From Gammaproteobacteria bacterium (GTDB taxonomy: Bacteria > Pseudomonadota > Gammaproteobacteria > Steroidobacterales > Foliamicaceae): 64,000 nucleotides of DNA. The DNA lies in assembly GCA_009844425.1 (NCBI GenBank), contig VYBN01000001.1, forward strand, positions 28,985 to 92,984, written 5' to 3'. Both the position numbers and the translations under genes were made by a program. Every line of letters starts with the position of its first letter. Position 1 is the first letter of the stretch. This document shows positions 1 to 7,449 of the stretch, piece after piece. The notes below the pieces were generated by a model, which saw nothing but the letters and a program-made list of their open reading frames with translations, had not been told where the DNA came from and ran no database searches.

Positions 1-90
1 GCACGTAAGCGCTTCGGGAACATCCGGGAAGCTTACCGAGAAGCCCCCTTCCCTCTCCGGAGTAAGCACGCAAGGATACTCGTATTGCAT
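1..90 (-). CDS. hicB: HicB-family antitoxin, N-terminal fragment (gene runs off the window edge)
   Basis: Reverse strand from 90 reads MQYEYPCVLTPEREGGFSVSFPDVPEA..., a typical HicB N-terminus. Its ATG overlaps the hicA stop (TGATG). Confidence 0.55.
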   Translation of the reverse strand, partial: MQYEYPCVLTPEREGGFSVSFPDVPEALTC

Positions 91-296
91 CAGAAGTCCT
101 CCTTGGGAATCTCCAGTTGTCTGAGCATGTTTCTTAGCGTCCCCGGTTTCAGTTCACCGTGCTGCACAACAGTCCGCCGATCACCCAAGTAAAGCACACC
201 GTGACTGCCTTTCCCTCGCCGCGCATCAAAGCTAAACGCTTGGCTGGTGCGCTTGGCGTACCCTCTTGCGCGTCTGACGAACTCCCTTCCGTTCAT
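90..296 (-). CDS. hicA: HicA-family mRNA interferase toxin (68 aa)
   Basis: Small basic protein ending ...GELKPGTLRNMLRQLEIPKEDF, the HicA/YcfA signature. It lies directly upstream of a HicB-like start. Confidence 0.8.
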   Translation of the reverse strand: MNGREFVRRARGYAKRTSQAFSFDARRGKGSHGVLYLGDRRTVVQHGELKPGTLRNMLRQLEIPKEDF

Positions 297-372
297 TGCG
301 CATAGTTTCGTACCTTTTGGAACGAATAGTCAAGACCAGCCAACAGGCAAGCAGAGAAGCTTACCAACAATT

Positions 373-786
373 TCAAGTGTCAGATTCGAGGCGGTCGAGC
401 ATGGCGTCGTGGGCGGCGTAGGCTTCGTCGAGGCGGCGGCGGGCCTCGCCGGCCGAAGGGAAGCCGGCTTCGAGGCCGGCGAGCATGATGACGGCTTCCA
501 TTTCCTCGCGGCTGATGCCATGGTGGATGCCGGCGCGCACGAAATAGCCCACGTCGTGGCGGGCGGCGGTGACGATGCCGATGGCGCACAGGATCATGGT
601 CTTCAGATCGACCACTTCCTGGTCCCAGACTTCCGGCGCGATCCGCGTCATCAACTGCCGGTTGAAGTCGTTCTGGTCGAGCTGTTCGCACAACTCGGCC
701 CCGTAATCGGGACCGAAGATGCGCAGGAACATGGCGCGGCCGCGCTCAAGCTCCGCCTCGGAGAAGGGTTTGTAGGCGCTGCCCAT
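373..786 (-). CDS. carboxymuconolactone decarboxylase (CMD/AhpD-like) family protein
   Basis: 137 aa. Segment DLKTMILCAIGIVTAARHDVGYFVRAGIHHGISREEMEAVIMLAGLEAGFP is typical of the CMD fold. Confidence 0.7.
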   Translation of the reverse strand: MGSAYKPFSEAELERGRAMFLRIFGPDYGAELCEQLDQNDFNRQLMTRIAPEVWDQEVVDLKTMILCAIGIVTAARHDVGYFVRAGIHHGISREEMEAVIMLAGLEAGFPSAGEARRRLDEAYAAHDAMLDRLESDT

Positions 787-795
787 TCCAGCCGG

Positions 796-2001
796 CTAAA
801 CGCGGATCAGGTCGCGTTCGAGGTTGTAGAGGCGCTCGGAGCCGTTGGAGGTGATGCGCACGGATTCTTCGAAGAACATCCCGCCCCAGCCGATTTCGTG
901 CAGCTCCATGTCGATGTTCAGCACCATGTTTTCCTCGATGCGGAAGTCGCCCAGGTTGCCGCCGGCGATGAACGGCACCTCGATGTGGTCGAGGCCGATG
1001 CCGTGGGTGAAGGCCAGCTCGAAACTCGGCAAACCGGCGGCGCGCACCGCCTGGATGACCCGATTGCGCAATTCGCCGGTCTGTATGCCGGGCCGCAGGT
1101 TGGAATAGGCCTCGTCGATTCCCGCCATGTAGGCCTTCCAGTAGCGCTCCAGCTTGGGTGACGCGTCGCCCAGGACCGCCGTGCGCTGCGCATCGCCCAT
1201 GTAGCGGCGCCACTTCATCATGCTGTCGAAGCAGACCTGGTCGCCGGGGCGGATCATGTAGTCCCGCTCGGGCCGGCCGGCGCCGGCGCTCATGGGGCCC
1301 GCGCCGTTGAAAGTGGCGAACGGGCGGGCGCCCTGCTCCACCACCCGCACCTCGTAGGCGGTATACACGTCGTTCCACGTGGCTCCGTCACTGATCGCCG
1401 CCAGCGCGGCGCGCAGCGCCGCCTCGTTCTTGACGGCGGCTTCCCTGAGTATGGCGATCTCGTCGGGAGACTTCACCATCCGTATCTCGATCAGCAGATT
1501 ACCAGCATCGACGATTTCGGCATGCTCCACGGTGTCGCCCAGAAGCCCGGCGAACCGGGTGTCGTCAAACCCGAGCCTGCCCTTGTCCAGGCCGGTTTCG
1601 CCGAGCATGGCGCAGACGGCGCCGTTGATTCCGGCGTACGGCTCGTCCTCCAGCTCCGCGATCATGCGCCGGATGGCCAGGTCCTCGCCCTTGAGCTCGG
1701 TATCCTCGGCAAAGGTATGCACTTTCAGCACGCCGCCGTACACGCCGAAGTAATACAGGCGCTTGTCCGGCATCCAGGTGGGCCGCTGCACCAGCACGGC
1801 CGCCTCGATCTCGGTCACCACCAGGCACGGCGGAATGTCGGGATCGCGCGGCAGGATGGCGCAAGCCACCCAGGGCACGTCGTAGAGGAAATCGGTGTCG
1901 AAATCGCTTAAGTACAGGACGTTGTTGGGCGTGACCGCGACGAGCGCGTCCAGCCCGTCGCGCTCCATCAGCTCCATCGCCCGCTCGCGATTCAGCAACA
2001 T
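796..2001 (-). CDS. M24-family metallohydrolase (creatinase / Xaa-Pro peptidase / ectoine-hydrolase-like)
   Basis: 401 aa. N-terminal creatinase-like domain (RERAMELMERDGLDALVAVTPNNVLYLSDF) and C-terminal pita-bread domain (FTHGIGLDHIEVPF, NMVLNIDMEL). Paralog at 11412-12611. Confidence 0.8.
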   Translation of the reverse strand: MLLNRERAMELMERDGLDALVAVTPNNVLYLSDFDTDFLYDVPWVACAILPRDPDIPPCLVVTEIEAAVLVQRPTWMPDKRLYYFGVYGGVLKVHTFAEDTELKGEDLAIRRMIAELEDEPYAGINGAVCAMLGETGLDKGRLGFDDTRFAGLLGDTVEHAEIVDAGNLLIEIRMVKSPDEIAILREAAVKNEAALRAALAAISDGATWNDVYTAYEVRVVEQGARPFATFNGAGPMSAGAGRPERDYMIRPGDQVCFDSMMKWRRYMGDAQRTAVLGDASPKLERYWKAYMAGIDEAYSNLRPGIQTGELRNRVIQAVRAAGLPSFELAFTHGIGLDHIEVPFIAGGNLGDFRIEENMVLNIDMELHEIGWGGMFFEESVRITSNGSERLYNLERDLIRV

Positions 2002-2016
2002 GCCGAATTCCCCGGA

Positions 2017-2880
2017 TCAGCGGAAGGAGGCGCTGGCGAAGTAGCCGTTGACGCGCTCCTCCCAGTCGTCCACCTTGCCGAAGATCCCCGTGTAGTAGTC
2101 CGCCAGGTAGATCAGCCAGAACGCGCCGCTGATGCTGCACACCGGGCCGTGGCGCACGCCGGGAGGGCGGCCGATGTAATGGTCCCTGGTCAGCACCAGG
2201 TCCTCCTTCACGTCCTCGCGCTTGTGATCGAAGGTGTAGCCGATGTAGCAGTCGCCGGCGATCAGGTACAGGCATTCGTTGTGCGGATGGTGTTCGGTGC
2301 CGGGATCGATGAAGCCGGGCGCCAGCGCGGTCAGCGCGATCACCTCCCTGGTGCCGTCGTCCTTGCGCAGCCCCTTGGTCAGCACGCCGGGAGGCCGGGC
2401 CTCCTGGCCGGTATTCGGGTCCTTCCAGGTGGAGCGCTTGACGATGTCCGCCATGGGGTCGACCCACGGCAGGTGCCAGGTGTTGGTGCGTCCGATATGC
2501 CGGTCGACGTGCGCATCCGCCAGCGAATCGCCTGCCTCTTCGAAGGACAGCGGACGACTGGTGAAGAGCAGGAGCCTGCAGCCGCCGGAAGTGCTGAGCG
2601 GGCCCCAGGCCATGCCGGCCGGGAAATAGCCGTAACAGCCCTGCATCCAGGTTTCGCCGCCGATGTCCAACGAACCTTCCAGAACGTAAAGATCCACGTC
2701 GGCTTCGTTTCGGCCTCGCGCCAGGGACCAGTTCGCGGGCAGTTCCATGACCAGGTGTTCTCCGCCGGTCTTGCTTTCGGTGCTCAGGTTGCGCGCGGTG
2801 GCGCCCGGCGTGAATCCGGAATTGAGCGCCTGCGGCTTCACACGGCTTACGTCGAGGCAATCTTCTCTGCGCATCGGCAT
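2017..2880 (-). CDS. bicupin-like protein
   Basis: Track ORF 2017-2973. Start trimmed to the internal ATG (MPMRRED) because the upstream gene ends at 2904. Cupin-like segment HHPHNECLYLIAGDCYIG...GRPPGVRHGP. Paralogs at 4575-5417 and 10579-11388. Confidence 0.6.
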   Translation of the reverse strand: MPMRREDCLDVSRVKPQALNSGFTPGATARNLSTESKTGGEHLVMELPANWSLARGRNEADVDLYVLEGSLDIGGETWMQGCYGYFPAGMAWGPLSTSGGCRLLLFTSRPLSFEEAGDSLADAHVDRHIGRTNTWHLPWVDPMADIVKRSTWKDPNTGQEARPPGVLTKGLRKDDGTREVIALTALAPGFIDPGTEHHPHNECLYLIAGDCYIGYTFDHKREDVKEDLVLTRDHYIGRPPGVRHGPVCSISGAFWLIYLADYYTGIFGKVDDWEERVNGYFASASFR

Positions 2881-2903
2881 GGCATTACTCCTTGGGTCCC
2901 TGA

Positions 2904-3737
2904 TCAGTCTTGCAGCCCGGCGAGCCAGGCCACCACGGCCTCGCAACACTCGCGGGGCTTGGTAATCATGCAATAGGTCGATCCGGCGCCGGAAATCTCG
3001 GCCTTGTCCACGTCCGACTTGATGGCCAGAAACTCGCGCATCAGCGTGTCGTGGCTGGCCGAGTCCATTCGCTCGTTCTCGTTAAGCGCACTGTCGTCGC
3101 CCATCAGCAGCAGCGTGGGACATTCGATGTTGCGGATGTCGGCGGTCAGGTCCACGTTGGAGTAGGCGTCCAGCACGGACTTCAAGGTGGCCATGTTCAC
3201 GTTAGCGGCGTACTGCTTCTTGGCCCAGCGCTCGTACTTGATGCCCTCTTCCGAATACAGCACGTCCGGCGGCAGCACGACGCCGGCATACAGGCGCGAA
3301 AGCTGCTCGATGCCAAACACCCGGCCCACCCACCAGGATGCCTCGTAGATGTTGCGCCAGGTATCGTCCACGCGAATGAACGGATAGGCGATCAGCGAGT
3401 GCATGCGCTCCGGATACTTGGCCGCGAAGCGCAGTCCGATCGACGAACCCGTGGAGGTGCACCAGAGCGCCGTGCGTTCGATCCCGGCGGCGTCCAGGAT
3501 CGCGGCCAGATCGTCCACCCATCGTTCCACCGAGTACGGCTCGGATTGCGTCCAGTCGGACTTCCCCACACCGCGGTAGTGCCATTGCAGGATGCGGTGA
3601 TGCGGGGTGAGGTACGGCTCGCAGAACTCGAACTGCTTGTCCACCAGCGCAAAACCACCGATCAGCGTGAGCGGCGGCTCAGCGTCGCCGCTGACTTCGT
3701 ACCACAGATTCGCGCCGTCCACGCGTACTTTCGGCAT
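2904..3737 (-). CDS. alpha/beta-fold hydrolase
   Basis: 277 aa. N-terminus VRVDGANLWYEVSGDAEPPLTLIGGF and nucleophile-elbow-like CTSTGSSIG, typical of the alpha/beta hydrolase fold. Confidence 0.75.
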   Translation of the reverse strand: MPKVRVDGANLWYEVSGDAEPPLTLIGGFALVDKQFEFCEPYLTPHHRILQWHYRGVGKSDWTQSEPYSVERWVDDLAAILDAAGIERTALWCTSTGSSIGLRFAAKYPERMHSLIAYPFIRVDDTWRNIYEASWWVGRVFGIEQLSRLYAGVVLPPDVLYSEEGIKYERWAKKQYAANVNMATLKSVLDAYSNVDLTADIRNIECPTLLLMGDDSALNENERMDSASHDTLMREFLAIKSDVDKAEISGAGSTYCMITKPRECCEAVVAWLAGLQD

Positions 3738-3747
3738 CCCGTCCTCC

Positions 3748-4572
3748 CTATTGCGGAGAGGTTGCCGCGTCGTAATGATGCACGATCCGCACCCCGTCCA
3801 GCATGAACCCCATCGGCATCCAGTATGCGCCCAGCACTTCCTTCGGCGCCAGCGGCATCAGTTCCTCGTTGTCGGCCCGGCAGAACTCCAGCGACCCTTC
3901 GCCGGCCAGCGTCTCGCCCTGTTGAAGTCCGCTCATCACCATCTGCGTGAGATCGTGCACCAGGGGCTTGCCCAGCGGCGGAACGTGGCAGTCGGGAACG
4001 TGGCGCATGCAGGTGAGAGGCAGGTTGCGCGTATAGAACTCCAGTTCCGACAGATCGATCACGCGCTGCGGCGAAAACTCCATGCGCATTACCGCCTCAC
4101 CATGACGGCTGACGACGCGCTTGAGCCGCGTGCCCAGGCCGCCGTCCTGCGTCATGCCGGGCAGCAGCGGGTGCATGCCGCTGGTTTCGATCTCCGCCTG
4201 CTTGGAGCAGGCGCCCAGAAACCAGCTCAGCAGCACCAGCCAGTCGCGGTTGCACCACTGGAAGGTGGAGAACATCGTGCGCTCGCCGTGCAGCCTGCAG
4301 GGCAGTCCGATCACCGCAACGTCGTAATGGCTGCGCGCCGCCGGCCAGTCCTCGGGCGCCACGCCCTCGGGATAGCACTTGAGGTGCGGGCTCCACACAT
4401 AGGCCTCGTCGGGCGGATCCGAAGGCGTAAGCGGCGCCGGCAGGTAAGCAGCGATGGCGTCGGGATCGGTTCGAAAATGAAACAGGAGAAGGTTGCCGGC
4501 AAAGCGCCACGGCAGCGGCTCCAGCATGGACGCCTCGCCGTTCGGCGTGAAAGGACGCGTGTATCCGGCCAC
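3748..4572 (-). CDS. acetoacetate decarboxylase (ADC)-like family protein
   Basis: Track ORF 3748-4707. Start moved to the GTG (VAGYTRPF) just after the upstream stop at 4575; an alternative ATG lies at 4527 (MLEPLPW). Family call rests on overall resemblance only. Confidence 0.5.
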   Translation of the reverse strand: MAGYTRPFTPNGEASMLEPLPWRFAGNLLLFHFRTDPDAIAAYLPAPLTPSDPPDEAYVWSPHLKCYPEGVAPEDWPAARSHYDVAVIGLPCRLHGERTMFSTFQWCNRDWLVLLSWFLGACSKQAEIETSGMHPLLPGMTQDGGLGTRLKRVVSRHGEAVMRMEFSPQRVIDLSELEFYTRNLPLTCMRHVPDCHVPPLGKPLVHDLTQMVMSGLQQGETLAGEGSLEFCRADNEELMPLAPKEVLGAYWMPMGFMLDGVRIVHHYDAATSPQ

Positions 4573-4574
4573 GG

Positions 4575-5417
4575 CTAAACCCAGTTTCCCCAGAGTTGCG
4601 GTTGCTGGTCCGGCGCGGGCTGCGCCAGGTACTCGCGGCAGCGCGGCGCGCTCCATTCCGGCTCGGTGAACCGGAAGTCGATTTCCTTCTCGCCGCGGCA
4701 GAACCACACGCAGCCGCCGCGCGTGGCCTGCGGCCCGTGCGGTTTCTCGCCCGGACGGAAGATATAGGACCCCGAAGTGATCATGCCGGTCTCTCCCATC
4801 AGGTAATCGCCCTGCAACAGCACCAGTTCCTCCCAGGTTTCGTGCGCCTCAAGCCTCGGATCGCACCACCCCGGCGCCTGATGCGTCATCAGCGTGTAGG
4901 CGCCGGTGTCCGGATCGCTGCGCAGCCTGCGCACCTTCAGACCGGAGCCCGCCTCTTCGCTCGTTCGGCCGGGAAAATCCGGCACAGGCTGCCATGCAAT
5001 GGCGTTGACGTCCAGCGGCCCGGTTTTTAGTTCTTCCCTATACGCCGCCGCAGGTTCGGAGTACTGCGACAATCCGGCACGGCCTTCGCCCATCCACAGG
5101 GCCGTGAACCCGCTGCGGGTTTCGGCGCCGTCAACGGCAAGCCCGCGGGGGAGGAATGCGTAACTTCCGCGCACAAATTCGCATTCGCCCAGTCTGAGGT
5201 CGCCTTCCAGAAGGAGGATTTCGAGATCGCTTTCCAGCACGCCGCTGTCGTGAAGACACCAGTACCGCTCGGCCCGTACCAGTAGGCTCCGCGCTCCCGG
5301 TTCGCCGGACTGGGCGCTGAGAACGGCCGCCCGCAATCCATGCCCGAATGCAGGCGCCGACGACGGCGTCAGCGTCACGCCGTCCAGACGCAGAAACTCG
5401 ACCCGCGGACGCGTCAT
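4575..5417 (-). CDS. bicupin-like protein
   Basis: 280 aa. C-terminal cupin segment HETWEELVLLQGDYLMGETGMITSGSYIFRPGEKPHGP parallels the ORFs at 2017-2880 and 10579-11388. Confidence 0.55.
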   Translation of the reverse strand: MTRPRVEFLRLDGVTLTPSSAPAFGHGLRAAVLSAQSGEPGARSLLVRAERYWCLHDSGVLESDLEILLLEGDLRLGECEFVRGSYAFLPRGLAVDGAETRSGFTALWMGEGRAGLSQYSEPAAAYREELKTGPLDVNAIAWQPVPDFPGRTSEEAGSGLKVRRLRSDPDTGAYTLMTHQAPGWCDPRLEAHETWEELVLLQGDYLMGETGMITSGSYIFRPGEKPHGPQATRGGCVWFCRGEKEIDFRFTEPEWSAPRCREYLAQPAPDQQPQLWGNWV

Positions 5418-5444
5418 TCGAGAATCCGGCTCACCGAAACTTCA

Positions 5445-5554
5445 GCCCTTCGTCATGCCCCTTCGTCCGGGAGCGTCGAAGGCAGGATGCCGACGCCGAG
5501 CCCACAAGGATGTGCTTGCCGGCGTATCCCGGAGGAAGGGGCATGACGAAGGGC
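5445..5554 (+). repeat. 110-nt hairpin-core element, copy A
   Basis: The 27-nt arms gcccttcgtcatgccccttcgtccggg / cccggaggaaggggcatgacgaagggc (1 mismatch) enclose the core gagcgtcgaaggcaggatgccgacgccgagcccacaaggatgtgcttgccggcgtatccc. Other copies are at 36779, 42228 and 46236. Confidence 0.9.
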
Positions 5555-5591
5555 GAGATCGAAGCGCCGTAAACGGATTGGCGGGCGGTTT

Positions 5592-5978
5592 TCACTCGCC
5601 GAAACGGGCTTCGTGCTCGGCGTAAACGCGCGTAAGGATGTCGATGGCCATTTCCGCGGCGGGGAAACCGAACTCCAGGCCCGCCAGCAACAGGATTTCC
5701 TCTACTTCTTCCCGGGGAATTCCGTGTTGGGCCGCCATCTTCATGAAGAATTCAACTTCCTGTTTGTGCGTGGCCGTGAACATCGCGATGCTGCACAGGA
5801 TCTTGGTGCGCAGGTCCACCCGGTCCATCTCCCAGATCGGCACCATGACCTCGCGCAGCTTTGCGTGAAAAGCCGGAGGGCGGCTGGTCACGATCCACTG
5901 ATAGATTTCCTCGCCCTGTTCGTCGCCCCACAGCTTGTGGGTAATCGCCTGAAACCGGCGTTCGAGGTCGTCGCTCAC
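5592..5978 (-). CDS. carboxymuconolactone decarboxylase (CMD) family protein
   Basis: Track ORF 5592-6044. Start trimmed to the GTG that overlaps the upstream methyltransferase stop (GTGA). Segment DLRTKILCSIAMFTATHKQEVEFFMKMAAQHGIPREEVEEILLLAGLEFGFP. Confidence 0.7.
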   Translation of the reverse strand: MSDDLERRFQAITHKLWGDEQGEEIYQWIVTSRPPAFHAKLREVMVPIWEMDRVDLRTKILCSIAMFTATHKQEVEFFMKMAAQHGIPREEVEEILLLAGLEFGFPAAEMAIDILTRVYAEHEARFGE

Positions 5979-7084
5979 GGTCTGACTCCGATCGTGGCCC
6001 ACCACGGATAGGCGCCGAAGAAGTATTCGCCGCCGAACCCCCATCCGGTCAGTTCATTGGGCAGCGGCACGTCGCGGACTTCGCTGAAACCGCCTTGCTC
6101 GAACATGCGAACCCGGTCCTCGGCCAGGAACCCCGGCAGGAATGGGTCTTCCATGCGCCGCCCGGTGGAGTCCAGCAGAAACGCGGAAAGCGGACTGTAC
6201 TCCTCCTGAAGCACCTTGAACGGCGGCGATTCCATGATCGCGAAGATCCCGCCGGGGCGCAGCAGCCGGAAGGCCTCGCGAACGACGGCGGCGCGCACCT
6301 TGCCCGGCAGTTCGTGAAAAAGCCACACCGCGCTGACCACGTCGAAACTCGCGTCGGGATAGCCGGTGTCCTCGGCCAGCCGCTGGGTGAAATGAACCTT
6401 GTGGCCGCGTGACTCGGCCAGCTTGTGGCCGTACTTGAGCATGGAGGCGGAGTAGTCCAGACCCACCACTTCTGCATCCGGGTGGAGCTCGCAATAGGGA
6501 AAAGTGCTCTTGCCGACGCCGCAACCCAGGTCCAGGATGCGCCGGTAGTCGCCCCCGGGCACCGCTCGGGCCAGGTTCCAGCCCATCTCGTCGCCGTCGT
6601 CGCGCCCCACCAGGAACGGGCTGATCATCCAGTGATAGAGGAATCCGGCGAACTCGGCGTGATAGTTGCCCGGCTGGGTATGGATTTCGATCTTGCGGTA
6701 GTAGCGGGGGGTTTTCAGCTCCGGGTCCAGCTCCAGACTTCCCAGCGCGCCCGGCGGATTGCAGTCGTCCAGCCAGGCCCGTACCTCGTCGCCCTGGCGT
6801 TCCAGTATGTCCAGGATGGCGCGAAACATCTGCGCGTGGTTGTGGCGCTCGAAGAACGCGCCGAATCGGTAGGCGGCGCCCTCCTCCATCAGCGCGCCCA
6901 CCTCGCTGATGTCCGACGGATCGTCCAGCCGGGTCTCGTTTTCCCGATAGTGGGCGCCCATCGCGGGGCCGAAACCGGTCGAATTGAAGGCCATCAGGCC
7001 CCCTGTAAAGTCGAGCCGCGCCTGCTCCGCGCGGCTGCGCTGAATGTCGAGAGTGGCTGTCATATGGTGCCGTGTCTCGCTCAT
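5975..7084 (-). CDS. class I SAM-dependent methyltransferase
   Basis: 369 aa. SAM motif ILDLGCGVGKST, then VVSAVWLFHELP and LRPGGIFAIME. The first ATG (7084) lies inside the foldback element; the second ATG (7063) lies just outside it, so the true start is uncertain. Confidence 0.75.
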   Translation of the reverse strand: MSETRHHMTATLDIQRSRAEQARLDFTGGLMAFNSTGFGPAMGAHYRENETRLDDPSDISEVGALMEEGAAYRFGAFFERHNHAQMFRAILDILERQGDEVRAWLDDCNPPGALGSLELDPELKTPRYYRKIEIHTQPGNYHAEFAGFLYHWMISPFLVGRDDGDEMGWNLARAVPGGDYRRILDLGCGVGKSTFPYCELHPDAEVVGLDYSASMLKYGHKLAESRGHKVHFTQRLAEDTGYPDASFDVVSAVWLFHELPGKVRAAVVREAFRLLRPGGIFAIMESPPFKVLQEEYSPLSAFLLDSTGRRMEDPFLPGFLAEDRVRMFEQGGFSEVRDVPLPNELTGWGFGGEYFFGAYPWWATIGVRP

Positions 7085-7331
7085 ATTGTCGCATCAGAGC
7101 GAGCGTAGCGTGTCCCTGCAAGGCGCAGCCGGCACGGAATACTCGCCGTATTGCGAACGGCTGCAACGCCGCGGGGGCGCGCTACGCTCGCTCCCGAAGG
7201 GCGCGACTCCCCTGGCCCGTGGCCGCGTTGCGCCCCTTGGAAATGGAATACACCATTCCCGGCGGGACGCGCCTTGCCACGAACCAGGGGAAACGCGCTG
7301 ATGCGACAATATGAGCGAGACACGGCACCAT
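7064..7331. mobile_element. 268-bp foldback / MITE-like element with perfect 34-bp terminal inverted repeats
   Basis: 7064-7097 atggtgccgtgtctcgctcatattgtcgcatcag is the exact reverse complement of 7298-7331. There are inner inverted repeats (gagcgagcgtagcg 7097-7110 / cgctacgctcgctc ~7180-7193). The mirror-image track ORFs 7072-7314(+) and 7081-7323(-) both start MSRSYCRI. Confidence 0.8.
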
Positions 7332-7449
7332 GCTCCCAGTGGGAGTTGGACTATATTATAGGGAGGCGTGTTACGCACGTTTGACCGATCGGCGCATTGA
7401 GGGCTGCGCCGATTTTCCGAGGCCAGGACGAGAGCATTGGGGGGACCCT

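Noticed and set aside
5340-5572. Short ORFs across the hairpin-core elements that repeatedly translate as ...[10 protein letters not shown]... / ...DADAEP...
   Set aside because: The copies differ by 1-nt indels in the core (for example C lacks two bases present in A and D). One copy is inverted, and the variable arms change the flanking peptide completely. The conservation is at the nucleotide and structure level, not the protein level.
7072-7323. Mirror-image 80-aa ORFs on both strands (both start MSRSYCRI and end DATI).
   Set aside because: This is an artefact of the perfect 34-bp terminal inverted repeats of the foldback element. The interiors are dissimilar and low-complexity.
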